Assembly (NCBI GenBank): GCA_963668315.1
Contig: OY764216.1
Coordinates: forward strand, 512,001-576,000
Reading direction: 5' to 3'
Source: Spirochaetia bacterium
Lineage (GTDB): Bacteria > Spirochaetota > Spirochaetia > DSM-2461
Length of the DNA: 64,000 nucleotides
The notes under the pieces are model-generated. The model saw only the letters and a program-made list of their open reading frames with translations, did not search any database and was not told the DNA's origin. The first letter of the stretch is position 1; every line of letters starts with the position of its first letter. Made by a program: the position numbers and the translations under genes. This document shows positions 58,266 to 64,000 of this stretch, piece after piece.

Positions 58266-59858
58266 CTAAACGGCATTACCCAGATGATGATCGGGATGTT
58301 CCGGATTCTCGGAATCCTTCAGTCTCTTGTTCAGAATCAGATAGTGTTCCGAGGGAAGGGATTCCCAGAATTCCCCGGGATAAAGCCAGACCTTATGCCG
58401 TTTCCACCGCCGGGCCTCATGGGGCCCCCGCTGTATCTCCGCATCCCCGTTTACGGGCAGATCGGTGTGACGTACTTTCACCGAGTCGAGGGCCCGGCCG
58501 TCAATCCGGCAGAAGACCTCGGGACCGGTGATTCTCAGACGGAAGTTTTCGGGGTGATTCCCGAAGGGGGTTCCCAGGTACAGCTGGAATTCACTGGCGG
58601 TGAGGGAGTCTATCCACTCCCTGTTCTCCTGGAGAAAATCAATGGTATCGTCCAGGGCCCTGTCATCCGATTCGGGCAGGCCGAAAATCATCAGTGCCAG
58701 ATTGTTGATGCCCGCACGGGAGGAGTCTTTCAGGACACGGGCGACTTCCCGGGGATTCGTTCCCTTGCCCGCCCGGTTCAGCAGCTGCTCATTCCCCGAC
58801 TCTACGCCCCAGCTGATCCACTTGCAGCCCGAACGGGAAAGAAGCGTCAGGATCTCGCCCGTCATATCTCCGCTCGGCCGCCCCATAAAGGTATAGTTAA
58901 TCTTCAGTTTACGGTCCAGGATTTCCCGGGCGAAGGGCTCCAGGAATACTCCGTCCAGATACTGATCGGTCACATAGAAATCGGTTACGCCGTACTCACG
59001 GACACAGCGCTCGATCTGATCGGCCGCCCGGACGGCATCCAGACAGCGGTATCGTCCGAAGGAGAAATTATGCGCACAGAACCGGCATCGTCTCCACTGA
59101 CATCCCCGGGAGAACTGTACGGGGAGCACGGGTCTCGGATTATGATATGATCCGAAGGGCACCCAGGAGAAATCCGGGTCGGGCAGGGAGTCCATGACGG
59201 GCGGGCGCAGCGGCGCCTCGAGAATAACCACATCACCCCGGCGGCTGTACAGTCCGGGAATAAGGGTATCTTCATCCCCGTTCAGAAAGACTTCCAGAGC
59301 CTCTTCCCCTTCGCCGGTGAAAATTCCCTCTATCCATGACGCCTGGTTGAGAAGGTCTTCCGGTTTGACAAGAAGTGTCGCCGCGCCTCCCAGATACAGG
59401 CGGCACGCCCTTCTCTCCCTGATCCATCGGGAAAATCCCAGGGTAAATAGCAGCTGGTCGGGAAAAAGGCAGGAGAACATGATAACGGGGCTGAAGGATT
59501 CAAAGGACCCTTCGAGAAACAGGAAAACCCTTTCCAGTACTTCGTCGGCGGTTCCCCTATCCAGATACCGGGAAATACGGCGCAGAATATCCGAAGAGTC
59601 TCCCTTGAGAGCATCCCCCACAGGCTTGTGCGATTCATAAAATTCGCGATTGAAAACCCCGAGCTGCCCTTTGATAAAGCGAAGATACTCCTCATACTCC
59701 GGCTTCTGCTCTGCCAGATTGTTCCAGTAAAGGATATTCAGGTCGGTAAGAATTAATTTATCCGGGCCGATCTGGCGGTCAATATAACTTTTAAGAAGGG
59801 AAATGCCCAGAGGAATATAGGTGGGAGAACAGGCGGGCGGGAATATAAGAGGTACCAT
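58266..59858 (-). CDS. Cobalamin-binding-domain radical SAM protein
   Basis: LIFPP...PLG, LGG, GEGE, SRGCQWRRCRFC, GC..I.WGVESG, IFGLP. Confidence 0.88.
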   Translation of the reverse strand: MVPLIFPPACSPTYIPLGISLLKSYIDRQIGPDKLILTDLNILYWNNLAEQKPEYEEYLRFIKGQLGVFNREFYESHKPVGDALKGDSSDILRRISRYLDRGTADEVLERVFLFLEGSFESFSPVIMFSCLFPDQLLFTLGFSRWIRERRACRLYLGGAATLLVKPEDLLNQASWIEGIFTGEGEEALEVFLNGDEDTLIPGLYSRRGDVVILEAPLRPPVMDSLPDPDFSWVPFGSYHNPRPVLPVQFSRGCQWRRCRFCAHNFSFGRYRCLDAVRAADQIERCVREYGVTDFYVTDQYLDGVFLEPFAREILDRKLKINYTFMGRPSGDMTGEILTLLSRSGCKWISWGVESGNEQLLNRAGKGTNPREVARVLKDSSRAGINNLALMIFGLPESDDRALDDTIDFLQENREWIDSLTASEFQLYLGTPFGNHPENFRLRITGPEVFCRIDGRALDSVKVRHTDLPVNGDAEIQRGPHEARRWKRHKVWLYPGEFWESLPSEHYLILNKRLKDSENPEHPDHHLGNAV

Positions 59859-59901
59859 ATATATAATTTTCTCCAGATATCTGTTTTATTTTGCTAGAGA
59901 T

Positions 59902-59931
59902 GAGATACAGCCTTTGGCCTCCCCGTGTCAA
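59902..59931 (-). promoter_or_regulatory. Possible sigma-70 promoter of the radical SAM gene
   Basis: TTGACA-N18-TATCTC on the minus strand; the -10 is weak. Confidence 0.35.
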
Positions 59932-60112
59932 GGACTTCCCGCCTATAAAAAGCAGCCCTCGTCTGGCCGCCGCTGAGGAGAGACAGAGATACGAAAGATC
60001 ACGGCGGAATAGCACTTTCTCAAAAAAAGATTTGCGTCCATGAACAGGGATCGTTATACTTCTGTTATTGATTCAATATAATAGTGAATTAAAAAATCAG
60101 ATGGGAAGATTT

Positions 60113-60535
60113 ATGAAAAAACAGGCCCTGGCGTCAAAGATTGAAATCCTCATAATCGTATTCCTCAGCATTCTTGTTTTTTTTCTGTCCGGAAGATTTG
60201 ATCTCCTTGAAAAGATCATGCAGTTTGTCCACGCCCACGAGAACTATGAACTGGATGAGCTGATTCCCGTCTTTATCTTTCTTGTGTTCGCGTTCTTCTT
60301 CCTTTTTGTCAAACGGTCGCGAAAACTGATCAAGGCGGACAGGGAGATCAAGCATCTGCAGGGAATAATACCCATCTGCTCCGTCTGCAAAAAAATAAGG
60401 GATGAAGAAGGATTCTGGCAGCAGATAGAATCATATATCAGCAGCCACTCCGATGCGGAGTTTTCCCACGGAATCTGCAACGACTGCGCACAGAAAATGT
60501 ACGGAGAGGAATTCACGAAAAAGCCGGGCCGTTAA
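60113..60535 (+). CDS. Small membrane protein with a C-terminal Cys/His metal-binding motif
   Basis: Two TM segments around HENYELDE; IPICSVCKKIRD..G.WQQIE.YI..HS.AEFSHGICNDC. Confidence 0.75.
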   Translation: MKKQALASKIEILIIVFLSILVFFLSGRFDLLEKIMQFVHAHENYELDELIPVFIFLVFAFFFLFVKRSRKLIKADREIKHLQGIIPICSVCKKIRDEEGFWQQIESYISSHSDAEFSHGICNDCAQKMYGEEFTKKPGR

Positions 60536-60603
60536 CAGGCATAGCCCCGTTTCCGCCCCTCTCCCGCCGGATATTTTCCACGATTCCCCCTTACTCTTTT
60601 TCC

Positions 60604-61032
60604 ATGAAAGACAGTATTCATCTCACCATAAGCCGAAAAGTCGTAACGGGACTCCTTATTTTTTATGCCATCACCGCCCTGTATCTGCTCTATTTCAGCC
60701 CCTTCTGCGGCCGGGCCCTCCCCCACCGCTCCTTTCAACCTGTTCCTTTTAAAACAATTGTTCAACAGGTAACCATGCCCCGCGGCATCGACCTGATGCT
60801 GGGTAATTTATTGGGTAATATCATCGTTCTTCTCCCCATCGGTTTTTTCCTCGCCCTCCTGGGCTGGACCCCGCCAAAAAGCAGAGCGGTTATGATCTTC
60901 ATGGCGGCGGCCTTCTTCATTGAGCTGCTGCAGTTTCTCTTCTGGGTAGGCTGCATGGACATTGACGATATCTGGATGAACGGGGCCGGGGGACTTCTGG
61001 GCTTCCATTTGGGAAAGGGTCTGCTGAAATAA
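60604..61032 (+). CDS. VanZ family membrane protein
   Basis: PFKTI, GNI..LLPIGF, IELLQ, DIDD..MN..GG..G. Confidence 0.88.
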   Translation: MKDSIHLTISRKVVTGLLIFYAITALYLLYFSPFCGRALPHRSFQPVPFKTIVQQVTMPRGIDLMLGNLLGNIIVLLPIGFFLALLGWTPPKSRAVMIFMAAAFFIELLQFLFWVGCMDIDDIWMNGAGGLLGFHLGKGLLK

Positions 61033-61110
61033 CCCCGTATTGCCCTTTTCACGGCAGAAGCTTAACATAGAAGGGTATAATTTATAAGAAATGGGAGTAG
61101 AGGGTAGTTT

Positions 61111-62064
61111 ATGACTGTGAAATTCGGAATAATCGGACTGGGAAATATTGCCAACAGATTCGCCTCGGTACTGGTTCAGGCAAAGGATGTATCATTAGCG
61201 GCCGTGGCCTCCAGAGACATGGGGAGATCAAGGGATTTCGCAGAAAAATACCGGGCCGCTAAATACTACGACAGCTATGACGCTCTTATCGAAGATAAGG
61301 ACGTGAATATCATCTATATCGGGCTGACCCATAACTTCCACTACGACATCGTCAGGAAATGTCTTGAGAAGGGGAAAGCCGTTCTCTGCGAAAAACCGCT
61401 GGTAATAACGGAAAAAGAAGCCGCCGGGCTGGTTGAACTGTCCCGGAGCAAGAAGGTTCTCCTCATGGAAGCTATGTGGACCCGCTGCCTGCCCACGTTC
61501 CAGAAGGCAAAGGCCTGGGTCAAGTCAGGGCGCATCGGTACAATCAGCCTGATCAACGCCAGCTTCTCCTTCAACATTCCCTTCCTGCCCGAACATCGCC
61601 TGTATGATCCCGCCCTGGCGGGAGGCAGCCTCTATGACGCCGGAGTCTATCCCATTGAGTTCGCCATAGGCATAATGGATGAAATCCCCTCGGAAACGAA
61701 GGGAGTCGCCCATATCTGCTCCACCGGCGTTGATGATTTCTACAGCATCGCCATGGGATTTGAAAGCGGAGCCCTGGCCTCTCTGACCTGCGGTTTCAAA
61801 GCCAATACCAACAGAGACGCCGTTATTTACGGAACCGAAGGTCATGTTGTCGTTTACAACTTCCTCGGATCTCCCAAATGCGAATGTTTCGATAAAGAGG
61901 GAAAGCTGGTGGAATCCTTTGAAGCCGACTTCAACGACGGCTTTATCTACGAGATTGAACATGCCGCCCAGCTGTTCAGAGAGGATAAAACGGAGAGCCC
62001 CCTCATCCCCCACCGGGATACACTGGCCTGTGCCAGGATCTTCGATATCCTCAAGAAGAGTTGA
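61111..62064 (+). CDS. Gfo/Idh/MocA family oxidoreductase
   Basis: GIIGLGNIA, VLCEKP, MEAMWTR, GGSLYD.G.Y. Confidence 0.95.
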   Translation: MTVKFGIIGLGNIANRFASVLVQAKDVSLAAVASRDMGRSRDFAEKYRAAKYYDSYDALIEDKDVNIIYIGLTHNFHYDIVRKCLEKGKAVLCEKPLVITEKEAAGLVELSRSKKVLLMEAMWTRCLPTFQKAKAWVKSGRIGTISLINASFSFNIPFLPEHRLYDPALAGGSLYDAGVYPIEFAIGIMDEIPSETKGVAHICSTGVDDFYSIAMGFESGALASLTCGFKANTNRDAVIYGTEGHVVVYNFLGSPKCECFDKEGKLVESFEADFNDGFIYEIEHAAQLFREDKTESPLIPHRDTLACARIFDILKKS

Positions 62065-62097
62065 GGGGAGCCCTGTAAAGATTTGCCCGCAGTTGAA

Positions 62098-62817
62098 CTA
62101 CGGCAGCTTGTTTTTCATGATGATTCTGACTTCTTTGGTCTTCACATCAATGTATTTTACCAGCAGGGAGACTTTGTTCTCATCATTGATCAGATTCCAA
62201 TAGAAGTCCAGATTCTCTTCCTGTCCCTGAAGAATAGTGACAATCAAAGGATCCCCCGGAAAGGAAGGCAGGGGACTGCCGTCTTTCTCGTAAGTATGTA
62301 TCATGTGGCCGTATCCGGGGAGGAACCGGGGATAGCGGTAAAAATTCTTGCTGTGCATCCCCTTTATGTTCTTAATGGATTTGAGAATGGACAGGCGGTA
62401 ACCGCCTTCGGCTAAATCCACCAGACCGGTAATCCGGGGCGTACAGTTAGGATCATCCGGCTCATACTCCCTGGATTCCAGGGCATTCTGAAAACTCACC
62501 TGGTTTAAAATCCCGTTATAAACCGTATCCGACTGATCGCCGTTGGCCACGATGTGGGCTCCCTTGTATTCCCGGGTACAGTTGTAAATTATCAGACTGG
62601 GGTCTTCCATTTTCGATTCATCAAAAGCCTCGGTTCTGACATTATCGCCCTGCATGGTGAAAATCCTGTTCCGGCTGTTCTCCGATCTTCCCATGGTCCA
62701 GTATATCTGCGCGATCTGGCTTTCGTCGGGAGTCATTCCGATGATAATTCCCCTGCCGGGATAATCGTTACTCCCCAATACCTTGATGTTTTCCTGTGAA
62801 TACTTTTCTAAATCCAT
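62098..62817 (-). CDS. Stand-alone IMP cyclohydrolase (PurO-like Ntn fold)
   Basis: YPGRGI, Y..MGRS.NSRNR, DPSLIIY, NGDQ.D, EPD.PN.TPRI.G, HTY; ATG 62817 after GGAG. Confidence 0.85.
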   Translation of the reverse strand: MDLEKYSQENIKVLGSNDYPGRGIIIGMTPDESQIAQIYWTMGRSENSRNRIFTMQGDNVRTEAFDESKMEDPSLIIYNCTREYKGAHIVANGDQSDTVYNGILNQVSFQNALESREYEPDDPNCTPRITGLVDLAEGGYRLSILKSIKNIKGMHSKNFYRYPRFLPGYGHMIHTYEKDGSPLPSFPGDPLIVTILQGQEENLDFYWNLINDENKVSLLVKYIDVKTKEVRIIMKNKLP

Positions 62818-62901
62818 GCGACTCGCTCCTATCAATCTGCTTATGATAAAATAGGAGAAATAGACGATTAACTCAAGAGACCGGTACCGTGTCGGGAAAA
62901 T

Positions 62902-63546
62902 CTAAGCTCTCCGCACCGCCCGGGCAGCCTTCTTAGCCTCCAAACGGGCTTTAACGCTCTTCAAAAGCATCATGTTCTCCCTCTCCTGCTCCTCCAGACG
63001 GCTGGATATCAGGCCCAGGGACTCTTCCAGGTCGGGAATGGCGATTTTCTCCAGAGCGTTAACCTTGCGGATTGTCTTCTTCACCTCCCGGGCAAGGCGC
63101 ATGATGGATATCTTCAGCTCCGAAAGATGGCCCATCTCCTTCAGGGCTTCCTGAAACAGCCGGACCCCTTCATCGATATAGGGCGATGTATTAACGGGAG
63201 AGAAGAAGGGGCCTTCTCCGCTGAACTCGGTCTCCACCACAGGGAGGGAGACTCCCATCACCTTCCGCTTATTCAGGCGAATCTCGCTCTCCACATTAAT
63301 CGATTCGGAAAGACTGGTCACCCGCCGCTTTCCCATACGCAGAACCGCCTCTTCCAGATTCCGATAGGCCAGAGCCAGGGCTTCCTCCACCCGGGTCTGA
63401 AACGCTTCGGTCTGATCCACCAGGTTCAGTAGCTCCATCACCAGGATATTCCGTTTCTGATCGAGAAGCTCGTATCCCTGCTTCGCGAATTTCAGCTCGT
63501 CCTTGATTTTGAGAAAATTCGATTTGGTAGGCGCAACCTGGCTCAT
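62902..63546 (-). CDS. atpD: V/A-type ATP synthase subunit D (NtpD)
   Basis: PTK, A..G..LL..KR, VMGV..P, KT.RKVNALE...IP. Confidence 0.95.
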   Translation of the reverse strand: MSQVAPTKSNFLKIKDELKFAKQGYELLDQKRNILVMELLNLVDQTEAFQTRVEEALALAYRNLEEAVLRMGKRRVTSLSESINVESEIRLNKRKVMGVSLPVVETEFSGEGPFFSPVNTSPYIDEGVRLFQEALKEMGHLSELKISIMRLAREVKKTIRKVNALEKIAIPDLEESLGLISSRLEEQERENMMLLKSVKARLEAKKAARAVRRA

Positions 63547-64000
63547 TTAATAAAAGAACTCCTCAATCTCCTCATCGGTAACCCGGTGCAGCTCCTCCGC
63601 CGGCAGCGCCTTGAGCACGGACCAGCCGATATCCAGAGTCTCCTCTATGCTGCGGTTCTCGTCGTGCCTCTGATTCACGAACTCCCGCTCGAACCTTTCG
63701 CCGAACTCCATATACTGCTTATCCAGGGGGGTCAACTCCTCTTCCCCGATTACGCTGGCCAGATTCCGTACGTCCTTCACATAGCTGTAGGCCGCGAAAA
63801 GCTGGCTGGAGAGGTGGGGATGGTCCTTCCTTGTCATGCCCTCTCCTATGCCGTCCTTCATCAGCCTCGAGAGGCTGGGAAGACCCGCCACAGGGGGGTA
63901 GAGGTTCCGGCCGTGCATCTCCCGCTCGAAAACGATCTGCCCCTCCGTGATATACCCGGAAAGGTCGGGGATGGGATGGGAGATGTCATCATTGGGCATG
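63547..64000 (-). CDS. atpB: V/A-type ATP synthase subunit B (NtpB), 3' part only; the gene runs off the window
   Basis: MPNDDISHPIPDLSGYITEGQI, YPP...LPSLSRLM..GIG. Confidence 0.97.
   Translation of the reverse strand, partial: MPNDDISHPIPDLSGYITEGQIVFEREMHGRNLYPPVAGLPSLSRLMKDGIGEGMTRKDHPHLSSQLFAAYSYVKDVRNLASVIGEEELTPLDKQYMEFGERFEREFVNQRHDENRSIEETLDIGWSVLKALPAEELHRVTDEEIEEFFY

Noticed and set aside
58229..58266. tRNA-3'-end-like string (minus strand ...ggctcaatccccggcgataggcacca)
   Set aside because: No canonical TTCGA T-loop or pairing T-stem, no cloverleaf and no integrase nearby; not supportable as a tRNA or att site.
54593..59858. SagB-like flavoprotein plus radical SAM (and the distant C39-like peptidase) as a RiPP cluster
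   Set aside because: No YcaO, precursor peptide or exporter; the genes are interspersed with unrelated enzymes and belong to commonly stand-alone families.
59859..60060. Possible cobalamin riboswitch ahead of the B12 radical SAM gene
   Set aside because: No conserved GGGAA...GCCACTG-type elements on either strand.

Overview
A 64 kb stretch of a moderately GC-rich bacterial chromosome. A free-living or anaerobic spirochaete is my inference, from 'xANG/xSNG'-type signal peptides on the binding proteins, a V/A-type ATPase and a barrel-transglutaminase-TPR protein type. About 50 densely packed CDSs. Main blocks: (1) a beta-barrel/inactive-transglutaminase/TPR gene coupled to a 1685-aa lipoprotein of about 17 Ig-like repeats; (2) GH3 hydrolase, GNAT-ASCH fusion and P-loop kinase; (3) a hybrid PAS histidine kinase with a small paralogous membrane partner; (4) an AraC-linked sugar-acid locus (DapA-like aldolase, TRAP transporter, GH106-like hydrolase); (5) a TRAP-eutBC ethanolamine operon behind a sigma-54-type promoter; (6) a divergent peptide/D-amino-acid locus (racemase, M20, M19 / Dpp-type ABC, serine hydrolase); (7) folD with a ZMP/ZTP riboswitch; (8) a type II restriction-modification pair; (9) assorted enzymes and the 3' end of the V-type ATPase operon. 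I found no rRNA, intact tRNA, CRISPR array, transposase or integrase. All calls come from motif recognition by eye; no database searches were run.
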